Source: Eledone cirrhosa (lineage: Eukaryota). From it: DNA of 63,801 nt. Under the pieces are notes generated by a model. The model saw only the letters and a list, made by a program, of their open reading frames with translations, was not told the origin of the DNA and ran no database searches. The stretch is from positions 228,656,001 through 228,719,801 of the forward strand of contig OZ024740.1 in the NCBI GenBank assembly GCA_964016885.1, in the 5' to 3' direction. A program made the position numbers and the translations under genes. Below, piece after piece: positions 1 to 15,000 of the stretch; position 1 is the first letter of the stretch, and every line of letters starts with the position of its first letter.

Positions 1-3000
1 TCATTTTAGTCATTGAACACAATTATAGTGTACAACAGTCATTTTAGTTATTGAACACAATTACAGTGTACTATAGACATTTTAGTCATTGAACACAATT
101 ACAGTGTACAATAGTCATTTTAGTAATTGAACACAATTACAGTGTACAATAGTCATTTTAGTCATTGAACACAATTACAGTGTACAAGAGTCATATTAGT
201 CATTGAACACAATTACAATGTACAATAGTCATTTTAGTTATTGAACACAATTACAGTGTACTATAGACATTTTAGTCATTGAACACAATTACAGTGTACA
301 ATAGTCATTTTAGTTATTGTACACAATTACAGTGTACAATAGTCATTTTAGTCATTGAACACAATTACAGTGTACAAGAGTCATATTAGTCATTGAACAC
401 AATTACAATGTACAATAGTCATTTTAGTTATTGAACACAATTACAGTGTACTATAGACATTTTAGTCATTGAACACAATTACAGTGTACAATAGTCATTT
501 TAGTTATTGTACACAATTACAGTGTATAATAGTCATTTTAGTCATTGAACACAATTACAGTGTACAATAGTCATTTTAGTCATTGAACACAATTACAGTG
601 TACAATAGTCATTTTAGTCATTGAACACAATTACAGTGTACAATAGTCATTTTAGTCATTGAACACAATTACAGTGTACTATAGTCGTTTTAGTCATTGA
701 ACACAATTACAGTGTACAATAGTCATTTTAGTCATTGAACACAATTACAGTGTACAATAGTCATTTTAGTTATTGAACACAATTACAGTGTACAATAGTC
801 ATTTTAGTCATTGAACACAATTACAGTGTACCACAGTCATTTTAGTCATTGAACACAATTACAGTGTACAATAGTCATTTTAGTCATTGAACACAAATTA
901 CAGTGTACAATAGTCATTTTAGTCTTTGAACACTATTACAGTGTACAATAGTCATTTTAGTCATTGAACACAATTACAGTGTACAATAGTCATTTTAGTC
1001 ATTGAACACAATTACAGTGTACAAGAGTCATTTTAGTTATTGAACACAATTACAGTGTACAACAGTCATTTTAGTCATTGAACACAATTACAGTGTACAA
1101 CAGTCATTTTAGTCATTGAACACAATTACAGTGTACAATAGTCATTTTAGTCATTGAACACAATTACAGTGTGCAATAGTCATTTTAGTCATTGAACACA
1201 ATTACAGTGTACAATAGTCATTTTAGTCATTGAACACAATTACAGTGTACAACAGTCATTTTAGTCATTGAACACAATTACAGTGTACAATAGTCATTTT
1301 AGTCATTGAACACAATTACAGTGTACAACAGTCATTTTAGTCATTGAACACAATTACATTGTACAATAGTCATTTTAGTCATTGAACACAATTACAGTGT
1401 ACAATAGTCATTTTAGTCATTGTACACAATTACAGTGTAAAATAGTCATTTTAGTCATTGAACATAATTACAGTGTACAATAGTCATTTTAGTTATTGAA
1501 CACAATTACAGTGTACAATAGTCATTTTAGTCATTGAACACAATTATAGTGTACAATAGTCATTTTAGTTATTGAACACATTTACAGTGTACAATAGTCA
1601 TTTTAGTCATTGAACACAATTACAGTGTACAATAGTCATTTTAGTCATTGAACACAATTTCAGTGTAATATAGTCATTTTAGTCATTGAACACAATTACA
1701 GTGTACAATAGTCATTTTAGTCATTGAACACAATTACAGTGTACAATAGTCATTTTAGTTATTGTACACAATTACAGTGTACAATAGTCATTTTAGTCAT
1801 TGAACACAATTACAGTGTACAATTAGTCATTTTAGTAATTGAACACAATTACAGTGTACAATAGTCATTTTAGTCATTGAACACAATTTCAGTGTAATAT
1901 AGTCATTTTAGTCATTGAACACAATTACAGTGTACAATAGTCATTTTAGTCATTGTACACAATTACAGTGTACAATAGTCATTTTAGTCATTGAACACAA
2001 TTACACTGTACAATAGTCATTTTAGTCATTTAACACAATTACAGTGTACAATAGTCATTTTAGTCATTGAACACAATTACAGTGTACAATAGTCATTTTA
2101 GTTATTGAACACAATTACAGTGTACAATAGTCATTTTAGTCATTGAACACAATTATAGTGTACAATAGTCATTTTAGTTATTGAACACATTTACAGTGTA
2201 CAATAGTCATTTTAGTCATTGAACACAATTACAGTGTACAATAGTCATTTTAGTCATTGAACACAATTTCAGTGTAATATAGTCATTTTAGTCATTGAAC
2301 ACAATTACAGTGTACAATAGTCATTTTAGTCATTGAACACAATTACAGTGTACAATAGTCATTTTAGTTATTGTACACAATTACAGTGTACAATAGTCAT
2401 TTTAGTCATTGAACACAATTACAGTGTACAATTAGTCATTTTAGTAATTGAACACAATTACAGTGTACAATAGTCATTTTAGTCATTGAACACAATTTCA
2501 GTGTAATATAGTCATTTTAGTCATTGAACACAATTACAGTGTACAATAGTCATTTTAGTCATTGTACACAATTACAGTGTACAATAGTCATTTTAGTCAT
2601 TGAACACAATTACACTGTACAATAGTCATTTTAGTCATTTAACACAATTACAGTGTACAATAGTCATTTTAGTCATTGAACACAATTACAGTGTACAATA
2701 GTCATTTTAGTTATTGTACACAATTACAGTGTACAATAGTCATTTTAGTCATTGAACACAATTACAGTGTACAGTAGTCATTTTAGTCATTGAACACAAT
2801 TACAGTGTACAATAGTCATTTTAGTCATTGAACACAATTACAGTGTACAATAGTCATTTTAGTCATTGAAAACAATTATAGTGTACAACAGTCATTTTAG
2901 TTATTGAACACAATTACAGTGTACTATAGACATTTTAGTCATTGAACACAATTACAGTGTACAATAGTCATTTTAGTAATTGAACACAATTACAGTGTAC

Positions 3001-6000
3001 AATAGTCATTTTAGTCATTGAACACAATTACAGTGTACAAGAGTCATATTAGTCATTGAACACAATTACAACGTACAATAGTCATTTTAGTTATTGAACA
3101 CAATTACAATGTACTATAGACATTTTAGTCATTGAACACAATTACAGTGTACAATAGTCATTTTAGTAATTGAACACAATTACAGTGTACAATAGTCATT
3201 TTAGTCATTGAACACAATTATAGCGTACAATAGTCATTTTAGTTATTGAACACAATTACAGTGTACAATAGTCATTTTAGTCATTGAACACAATTATAGT
3301 GTACAATAGTCATTTTAGTTATTGAACACATTTACAGTGTACAATAGTCATTTTAGTCATTGAACACAATTACAGTGTACAATAGTCATTTTAGTCATTG
3401 AACACAATTTCAGTGTAATATAGTCATTTCAGTCATTGAACACAATTACAGTGTACAATAGTCATTTTAGTCATTGTACACAATTACAGTGTACAATAGT
3501 CATTTTAGTCATTGAACACAATTACAGTGTACAATAGTCATTTTAGTCATTTAACACAATTACAGTGTACAATAGTCATTTTAGTCATTGAACACAATTA
3601 CAGTGTACAATAGTCATTTTAGTTATTGTACACAATTACAGTGTACAATAGTCATTTTAGTCATTGAACACAATTACAGTGTACAATAGTCATTTTAGTC
3701 ATTGAACACAATTACAGTGTACAATAGTCATTTTAGTCATTGAACACAATTTCAGTGTAATATAGTCATTTTAGTCATTGAACACAATTACAGTGTACAA
3801 TAGTCATTTTAGTCATTGTACACAATTACAGTGTACAATAGTCATTTTAGTCATTGAACACAATTACAGTGTACAATAGTCATTTTAGTCATTTAACACA
3901 ATTACAGTGTACAATAGTCATTTTAGTCATTGAACACAATTACAGTGTACAATAGTCATTTTAGTTATTGTACACAATTACAGTGTACAATAGTCATTTT
4001 AGTCATTGAACACAATTACAGTGTACAATAGTCATTTTAGTCATTGAACACAATTACAGTGTACAATAGTCATTTTAGTCATTGAACACAATTACAGTGT
4101 ACAATAGTCATTTTAGTCATTGAACACAATTATAGTGTACAACACTCATTTTAGTTATTGAACACAATTACAGTGTACTATAGACATTTTAGTCATTGAA
4201 CACAATTACAGTGTACAATAGTCATTTTAGTAATTGAACACAATTACAGTGTACAATAGTCATTTTAGTCATTGAACACAATTACAGTGTACAAGAGTCA
4301 TATTAGTCATTGAACACAATTACAATGTACAATAGTCATTTTAGTTATTGAACACAATTACAGTGTACTATAGACATTTTAGTCATTGAACACAATTACA
4401 GTGTACAATAGTCATTTTAGTTATTGTACACAATTACAGTGTATAATAGTCATTTTAGTCATTGAACACAATTACAGTGTACAATAGTCATTTTAGTCAT
4501 TGAACACAATTACAGTGTACAATAGTCATTTTAGTCATTGAACACAATTACAGTGTACAATAGTCATTTTAGTCATTGAACACAATTACAGTGTACTATA
4601 GTCGTTTTAGTCATTGAACACAATTACAGTGTACAATAGTCATTTTAGTCATTGAACACAATTACAGTGTACAATAGTCATTTTAGTCATTGAACACAAT
4701 TACAGTGTACAATAGTCATTTTAGTTATTGTACACAATTACAGTGTACAATAGTCATTTTAGTCATTGAACAAAATTACAGTGTACAATAGTCATTTTAG
4801 TCATTGAACACAATTAGAGTGTACAATAGTCATTTTAGTCATTGAACACAATTACAGTGTACAATAGTCATTTTAGTCATTGAACACAATTATAGTGTAC
4901 AACAGTCATTTTAGTTATTGAACACAATTACAGTGTACTATAGACATTTTAGTCATTGAACACAATTACAGTGTACAATAGTCATTTTAGTCATTGAACA
5001 CAATTACAGTGTACAATAGTCATTTTAGTCATTGAACACAATTACAATGTACAAGAGTCATATTAGTCATTGAACACAATTACTGTGTACAACAGTCATT
5101 TTAGTCATTGAACACAATTACAGTCTACAATAGTCATTTTAGTCATTGAACACAATTACAGGGTACAATAGTCATTTTAGTCATTGAACACAATTACAGT
5201 GTACAATAGTCATTTTAGTCATTACAATTACAGTGTACAATAGTCATTTTAGTAATTGAACACAATTACAGTGTACAATAGTCATTTTAGTCATTGAACA
5301 CAATTATAGCGTACAATAGTCATTTTAGTTATTGAACACAATTACAGTGTACAATAGTCATTTTAGTCATTGAACACAATTATAGTGTACAATAGTCATT
5401 TTAGTTATTGAACACATTTACAGTGTACAATAGTCATTTTAGTCATTGAACACAATTACAGTGTACAATAGTCATTTTAGTCATTGAACACAATTTCAGT
5501 GTAATATAGTCATTTCAGTCATTGAACACAATTACAGTGTACAATAGTCATTTTAGTCATTGTACACAATTACAGTGTACAATAGTCATTTTAGTCATTG
5601 AACACAATTACAGTGTACAATAGTCATTTTAGTTATTGTACACAATTACAGTGTACAATAGTCATTTTAGTCATTGAACACAATTACAGTGTACAATAGT
5701 CATTTTAGTCATTGAACACAATTACAGTGTACAATAGTCATTTTAGTCATTGAACACAATTTCAGTGTAATATAGTCATTTTAGTCATTGAACACAATTA
5801 CAGTGTACAATAGTCATTTTAGTCATTGTACACAATTACAGTGTACAATAGTCATTTTAGTCATTGAACACAATTACAGTGTACAATAGTCATTTTAGTC
5901 ATTTAACACAATTACAGTGTACAATAGTCGTTTTAGTCATTGAACACAATTACAGTGTACAATAGTCATTTTAGTTATTGTACACAATTACAGTGTACAA

Positions 6001-9000
6001 TAGTCATTTTAGTCATTGAACACAATTACAGTGTACAATAGTAATTTTAGTCATTGAACACAATTACAGTGTACAATAGTCATTTTAGTCATTGAATACA
6101 ATTACAGTGTACAATAGTCATTTTAGTCATTGAACACAATTATAGTGTACAACAGTCATTTTAGTTATTGAACACAATTACAGTGTACTATAGACATTTT
6201 AGTCATTGAACACAATTACAGTGTACAATAGTCATTTTAGTTATTGTACACAATTACAGTGTATAATAGTCATTTTAGTCATTGAACACAATTACAGTGT
6301 ACAATAGTCATTTTAGTCATTGAACACAATTACAGTGTACAATAGTCATTTTAGTCATTGAACACAATTACAGTGTACAATAGTCATTTTAGTCATTGAA
6401 CACAATTACAGTGTACTATAGTCGTTTTAGTCATTGAACACAATTACAGTGTACAATAGTCATTTTAGTCATTGAACACAATTACAGTGTACAATAGTCA
6501 TTTTAGTTATTGAACACAATTACAGTGTACAATAGTCATTTTAGTCATTGAACACAATTACAGTGTACCACAGTCATTTTAGTCATTGAACACAATTACA
6601 GTGTACAATAGTCATTTTAGTCATTGAACACAAATTACAGTGTACAATAGTCATTTTAGTCTTTGAACACTATTACAGTGTACAATAGTCATTTTAGTCA
6701 TTGAACACAATTACAGTGTACAATAGTCATTTTAGTCATTGAACACAATTACAGTGTACAAGAGTCATTTTAGTTATTGAACACAATTACAGTGTACAAC
6801 AGTCATTTTAGTCATTGAACACAATTACAGTGTACAACAGTCATTTTAGTCATTGAACACAATTACAGTGTACAATAGTCATTTTAGTCATTGAACACAA
6901 TTACAGTGTGCAATAGTCATTTTAGTCATTGAACACAATTACAGTGTACAATAGTCATTTTAGTCATTGAACACAATTACAGTGTACAACAGTCATTTTA
7001 GTCATTGAACACAATTACAGTGTACAATAGTCATTTTAGTCATTGAACACAATTACAGTGTACAACAGTCATTTTAGTCATTGAACACAATTACATTGTA
7101 CAATAGTCATTTTAGTCATTGAACACAATTACAGTGTACAATAGTCATTTTAGTCATTGTACACAATTACAGTGTAAAATAGTCATTTTAGTCATTGAAC
7201 ATAATTACAGTGTACAATAGTCATTTTAGTTATTGAACACAATTACAGTGTACAATAGTCATTTTAGTCATTGAACACAATTATAGTGTACAATAGTCAT
7301 TTTAGTTATTGAACACATTTACAGTGTACAATAGTCATTTTAGTCATTGAACACAATTACAGTGTACAATAGTCATTTTAGTCATTGAACACAATTTCAG
7401 TGTAATATAGTCATTTTAGTCATTGAACACAATTACAGTGTACAATAGTCATTTTAGTCATTGAACACAATTACAGTGTACAATAGTCATTTTAGTTATT
7501 GTACACAATTACAGTGTACAATAGTCATTTTAGTCATTGAACACGATTACAGTGTACAATTAGTCATTTTAGTAATTGAACACAATTACAGTGTACAATA
7601 GTCATTTTAGTCATTGAACACAATTTCAGTGTAATATAGTCATTTTAGTCATTGAACACAATTACAGTGTACAATAGTCATTTTAGTCATTGTACACAAT
7701 TACAGTGTACAATAGTCATTTTAGTCATTGAACACAATGTATTACACTGTACAATAGTCATTTTAGTCATTTAACACAATTACAGTGTACAATAGTCATT
7801 TTAGTCATTGAACACAATTACAGTGTACAATAGTCATTTTAGTTATTGAACACAATTACAGTGTACAATAGTCATTTTAGTCATTGAACACAATTATAGT
7901 GTACAATAGTCATTTAGTTATTGAACACATTTACAGTGTACAATAGTCATTTTAGTCATTGAACACAATTACAGTGTACAATAGTCATTTTAGTCATTGA
8001 ACACAATTTCAGTGTAATATAGTCATTTTAGTCATTGAACACAATTACAGTGTACAATAGTCATTTTAGTCATTGAACACAATTACAGTGTACAATAGTC
8101 ATTTTAGTTATTGTACACAATTACAGTGTACAATAGTCATTTTAGTCATTGAACACAATTACAGTGTACAATTAGTCATTTTAGTAATTGAACACAATTA
8201 CAGTGTACAATAGTCATTTTAGTCATTGAACACAATTTCAGTGTAATATAGTCATTTTAGTCATTGAACACAATTACAGTGTACAATAGTCATTTTAGTC
8301 ATTGTACACAATTACAGTGTACAATAGTCATTTTAGTCATTGAACACAATTACACTGTACAATAGTCATTTTAGTCATTTAACACAATTACAGTGTACAA
8401 TAGTCATTTTAGTCATTGAACACAATTACAGTGTACAATAGTCATTTTAGTTATTGTACACAATTACAGTGTACAATAGTCATTTTAGTCATTGAACACA
8501 ATTACAGTGTACAGTAGTCATTTTAGTCATTGAACACAATTACAGTGTACAATAGTCATTTTAGTCATTGAACACAATTACAGTGTACAATAGTCATTTT
8601 AGTCATTGAAAACAATTATAGTGTACAACAGTCATTTTAGTTATTGAACACAATTACAGTGTACTATAGACATTTTAGTCATTGAACACAATTACAGTGT
8701 ACAATAGTCATTTTAGTAATTGAACACAATTACAGTGTACAATAGTCATTTTAGTCATTGAACACAATTACAGTGTACAAGAGTCATATTAGTCATTGAA
8801 CACAATTACAACGTACAATAGTCATTTTAGTTATTGAACACAATTACAATGTACTATAGACATTTTAGTCATTGAACACAATTACAGTGTACAATAGTCA
8901 TTTTAGTAATTGAACACAATTACAGTGTACAATAGTCATTTTAGTCATTGAACACAATTATAGCGTACAATAGTCATTTTAGTTATTGAACACAATTACA

Positions 9001-12000
9001 GTGTACAATAGTCATTTTAGTCATTGAACACAATTATAGTGTACAATAGTCATTTTAGTTATTGAACACATTTACAGTGTACAATAGTCATTTTAGTCAT
9101 TGAACACAATTACAGTGTACAATAGTCATTTTAGTCATTGAACACAATTTCAGTGTAATATAGTCATTTCAGTCATTGAACACAATTACAGTGTACAATA
9201 GTCATTTTAGTCATTGTACACAATTACAGTGTACAATAGTCATTTTAGTCATTGAACACAATTACAGTGTACAATAGTCATTTTAGTCATTTAACACAAT
9301 TACAGTGTACAATAGTCATTTTAGTCATTGAACACAATTACAGTGTACAATAGTCATTTTAGTTATTGTACACAATTACAGTGTACAATAGTCATTTTAG
9401 TCATTGAACACAATTACAGTGTACAATAGTCATTTTAGTCATTGAACACAATTACAGTGTACAATAGTCATTTTAGTCATTGAACACAATTTCAGTGTAA
9501 TATAGTCATTTTAGTCATTGAACACAATTACAGTGTACAATAGTCATTTTAGTCATTGTACACAATTACAGTGTACAATAGTCATTTTAGTCATTGAACA
9601 CAATTACAGTGTACAATAGTCATTTTAGTCATTTAACACAATTACAGTGTACAATAGTCATTTTAGTCATTGAACACAATTACAGTGTACAATAGTCATT
9701 TTAGTTATTGTACACAATTACAGTGTACAATAGTCATTTTAGTCATTGAACACAATTACAGTGTACAATAGTCATTTTAGTCATTGAACACAATTACAGT
9801 GTACAATAGTCATTTTAGTCATTGAACACAATTACAGTGTACAATAGTCATTTTAGTCATTGAACACAATTATAGTGTACAACACTCATTTTAGTTATTG
9901 AACACAATTACAGTGTACTATAGACATTTTAGTCATTGAACACAATTACAGTGTACAATAGTCATTTTAGTAATTGAACACAATTACAGTGTACAATAGT
10001 CATTTTAGTCATTGAACACAATTACAGTGTACAAGAGTCATATTAGTCATTGAACACAATTACAATGTACAATAGTCATTTTAGTTATTGAACACAATTA
10101 CAGTGTACTATAGACATTTTAGTCATTGAACACAATTACAGTGTACAATAGTCATTTTAGTTATTGTACACAATTACAGTGTATAATAGTCATTTTAGTC
10201 ATTGAACACAATTACAGTGTACAATAGTCATTTTAGTCATTGAACACAATTACAGTGTACAATAGTCATTTTAGTCATTGAACACAATTACAGTGTACAA
10301 TAGTCATTTTAGTCATTGAACACAATTACAGTGTACTATAGTCGTTTTAGTCATTGAACACAATTACAGTGTACAATAGTCATTTTAGTCATTGAACACA
10401 ATTACAGTGTACAATAGTCATTTTAGTCATTGAACACAATTACAGTGTACAATAGTCATTTTAGTTATTGTACACAATTACAGTGTACAATAGTCATTTT
10501 AGTCATTGAACAAAATTACAGTGTACAATAGTCATTTTAGTCATTGAACACAATTAGAGTGTACAATAGTCATTTTAGTCATTGAACACAATTACAGTGT
10601 ACAATAGTCATTTTAGTCATTGAACACAATTATAGTGTACAACAGTCATTTTAGTTATTGAACACAATTACAGTGTACTATAGACATTTTAGTCATTGAA
10701 CACAATTACAGTGTACAATAGTCATTTTAGTCATTGAACACAATTACAGTGTACAATAGTCATTTTAGTCATTGAACACAATTACAATGTACAAGAGTCA
10801 TATTAGTCATTGAACACAATTACTGTGTACAACAGTCATTTTAGTCATTGAACACAATTACAGTCTACAATAGTCATTTTAGTCATTGAACACAATTACA
10901 GGGTACAATAGTCATTTTAGTCATTGAACACAATTACAGTGTACAATAGTCATTTTAGTCATTACAATTACAGTGTACAATAGTCATTTTAGTAATTGAA
11001 CACAATTACAGTGTACAATAGTCATTTTAGTCATTGAACACAATTATAGCGTACAATAGTCATTTTAGTTATTGAACACAATTACAGTGTACAATAGTCA
11101 TTTTAGTCATTGAACACAATTATAGTGTACAATAGTCATTTTAGTTATTGAACACATTTACAGTGTACAATAGTCATTTTAGTCATTGAACACAATTACA
11201 GTGTACAATAGTCATTTTAGTCATTGAACACAATTTCAGTGTAATATAGTCATTTCAGTCATTGAACACAATTACAGTGTACAATAGTCATTTTAGTCAT
11301 TGTACACAATTACAGTGTACAATAGTCATTTTAGTCATTGAACACAATTACAGTGTACAATAGTCATTTTAGTTATTGTACACAATTACAGTGTACAATA
11401 GTCATTTTAGTCATTGAACACAATTACAGTGTACAATAGTCATTTTAGTCATTGAACACAATTACAGTGTACAATAGTCATTTTAGTCATTGAACACAAT
11501 TTCAGTGTAATATAGTCATTTTAGTCATTGAACACAATTACAGTGTACAATAGTCATTTTAGTCATTGTACACAATTACAGTGTACAATAGTCATTTTAG
11601 TCATTGAACACAATTACAGTGTACAATAGTCATTTTAGTCATTTAACACAATTACAGTGTACAATAGTCGTTTTAGTCATTGAACACAATTACAGTGTAC
11701 AATAGTCATTTTAGTTATTGTACACAATTACAGTGTACAATAGTCATTTTAGTCATTGAACACAATTACAGTGTACAATAGTAATTTTAGTCATTGAACA
11801 CAATTACAGTGTACAATAGTCATTTTAGTCATTGAATACAATTACAGTGTACAATAGTCATTTTAGTCATTGAACACAATTATAGTGTACAACAGTCATT
11901 TTAGTTATTGAACACAATTACAGTGTACTATAGACATTTTAGTCATTGAACACAATTACAGTGTACAATAGTCATTTTAGTTATTGTACACAATTACAGT

Positions 12001-15000
12001 GTATAATAGTCATTTTAGTCATTGAACACAATTACAGTGTACAATAGTCATTTTAGTCATTGAACACAATTACAGTGTACAATAGTCATTTTAGTCATTG
12101 AACACAATTACAGTGTACAATAGTCATTTTAGTCATTGAACACAATTACAGTGTACTATAGTCGTTTTAGTCATTGAACACAATTACAGTGTACAATAGT
12201 CATTTTAGTCATTGAACACAATTACAGTGTACAATAGTCATTTTAGTTATTGAACACAATTACAGTGTACAATAGTCATTTTAGTCATTGAACACAATTA
12301 CAGTGTACCACAGTCATTTTAGTCATTGAACACAATTACAGTGTACAATAGTCATTTTAGTCATTGAACACAAATTACAGTGTACAATAGTCATTTTAGT
12401 CTTTGAACACTATTACAGTGTACAATAGTCATTTTAGTCATTGAACACAATTACAGTGTACAATAGTCATTTTAGTCATTGAACACAATTACAGTGTACA
12501 AGAGTCATTTTAGTTATTGAACACAATTACAGTGTACAACAGTCATTTTAGTCATTGAACACAATTACAGTGTACAACAGTCATTTTAGTCATTGAACAC
12601 AATTACAGTGTACAATAGTCATTTTAGTCATTGAACACAATTACAGTGTGCAATAGTCATTTTAGTCATTGAACACAATTACAGTGTACAATAGTCATTT
12701 TAGTCATTGAACACAATTACAGTGTACAACAGTCATTTTAGTCATTGAACACAATTACAGTGTACAATAGTCATTTTAGTCATTGAACACAATTACAGTG
12801 TACAACAGTCATTTTAGTCATTGAACACAATTACATTGTACAATAGTCATTTTAGTCATTGAACACAATTACAGTGTACAATAGTCATTTTAGTCATTGT
12901 ACACAATTACAGTGTAAAATAGTCATTTTAGTCATTGAACATAATTACAGTGTACAATAGTCATTTTAGTTATTGAACACAATTACAGTGTACAATAGTC
13001 ATTTTAGTCATTGAACACAATTATAGTGTACAATAGTCATTTTAGTTATTGAACACATTTACAGTGTACAATAGTCATTTTAGTCATTGAACACAATTAC
13101 AGTGTACAATAGTCATTTTAGTCATTGAACACAATTTCAGTGTAATATAGTCATTTTAGTCATTGAACACAATTACAGTGTACAATAGTCATTTTAGTCA
13201 TTGAACACAATTACAGTGTACAATAGTCATTTTAGTTATTGTACACAATTACAGTGTACAATAGTCATTTTAGTCATTGAACACAATTACAGTGTACAAT
13301 TAGTCATTTTAGTAATTGAACACAATTACAGTGTACAATAGTCATTTTAGTCATTGAACACAATTTCAGTGTAATATAGTCATTTTAGTCATTGAACACA
13401 ATTACAGTGTACAATAGTCATTTTAGTCATTGTACACAATTACAGTGTACAATAGTCATTTTAGTCATTGAACACAATGTATTACACTGTACAATAGTCA
13501 TTTTAGTCATTTAACACAATTACAGTGTACAATAGTCATTTTAGTCATTGAACACAATTACAGTGTACAATAGTCATTTTAGTTATTGAACACAATTACA
13601 GTGTACAATAGTCATTTTAGTCATTGAACACAATTATAGTGTACAATAGTCATTTAGTTATTGAACACATTTACAGTGTACAATAGTCATTTTAGTCATT
13701 GAACACAATTACAGTGTACAATAGTCATTTTAGTCATTGAACACAATTTCAGTGTAATATAGTCATTTTAGTCATTGAACACAATTACAGTGTACAATAG
13801 TCATTTTAGTCATTGAACACAATTACAGTGTACAATAGTCATTTTAGTTATTGTACACAATTACAGTGTACAATAGTCATTTTAGTCATTGAACACAATT
13901 ACAGTGTACAATTAGTCATTTTAGTAATTGAACACAATTACAGTGTACAATAGTCATTTTAGTCATTGAACACAATTTCAGTGTAATATAGTCATTTTAG
14001 TCATTGAACACAATTACAGTGTACAATAGTCATTTTAGTCATTGTACACAATTACAGTGTACAATAGTCATTTTAGTCATTGAACACAATTACACTGTAC
14101 AATAGTCATTTTAGTCATTTAACACAATTACAGTGTACAATAGTCATTTTAGTCATTGAACACAATTACAGTGTACAATAGTCATTTTAGTTATTGTACA
14201 CAATTACAGTGTACAATAGTCATTTTAGTCATTGAACACAATTACAGTGTACAGTAGTCATTTTAGTCATTGAACACAATTACAGTGTACAATAGTCATT
14301 TTAGTCATTGAACACAATTACAGTGTACAATAGTCATTTTAGTCATTGAAAACAATTATAGTGTACAACAGTCATTTTAGTTATTGAACACAATTACAGT
14401 GTACTATAGACATTTTAGTCATTGAACACAATTACAGTGTACAATAGTCATTTTAGTAATTGAACACAATTACAGTGTACAATAGTCATTTTAGTCATTG
14501 AACACAATTACAGTGTACAAGAGTCATATTAGTCATTGAACACAATTACAACGTACAATAGTCATTTTAGTTATTGAACACAATTACAATGTACTATAGA
14601 CATTTTAGTCATTGAACACAATTACAGTGTACAATAGTCATTTTAGTAATTGAACACAATTACAGTGTACAATAGTCATTTTAGTCATTGAACACAATTA
14701 TAGCGTACAATAGTCATTTTAGTTATTGAACACAATTACAGTGTACAATAGTCATTTTAGTCATTGAACACAATTATAGTGTACAATAGTCATTTTAGTT
14801 ATTGAACACATTTACAGTGTACAATAGTCATTTTAGTCATTGAACACAATTACAGTGTACAATAGTCATTTTAGTCATTGAACACAATTTCAGTGTAATA
14901 TAGTCATTTCAGTCATTGAACACAATTACAGTGTACAATAGTCATTTTAGTCATTGTACACAATTACAGTGTACAATAGTCATTTTAGTCATTGAACACA

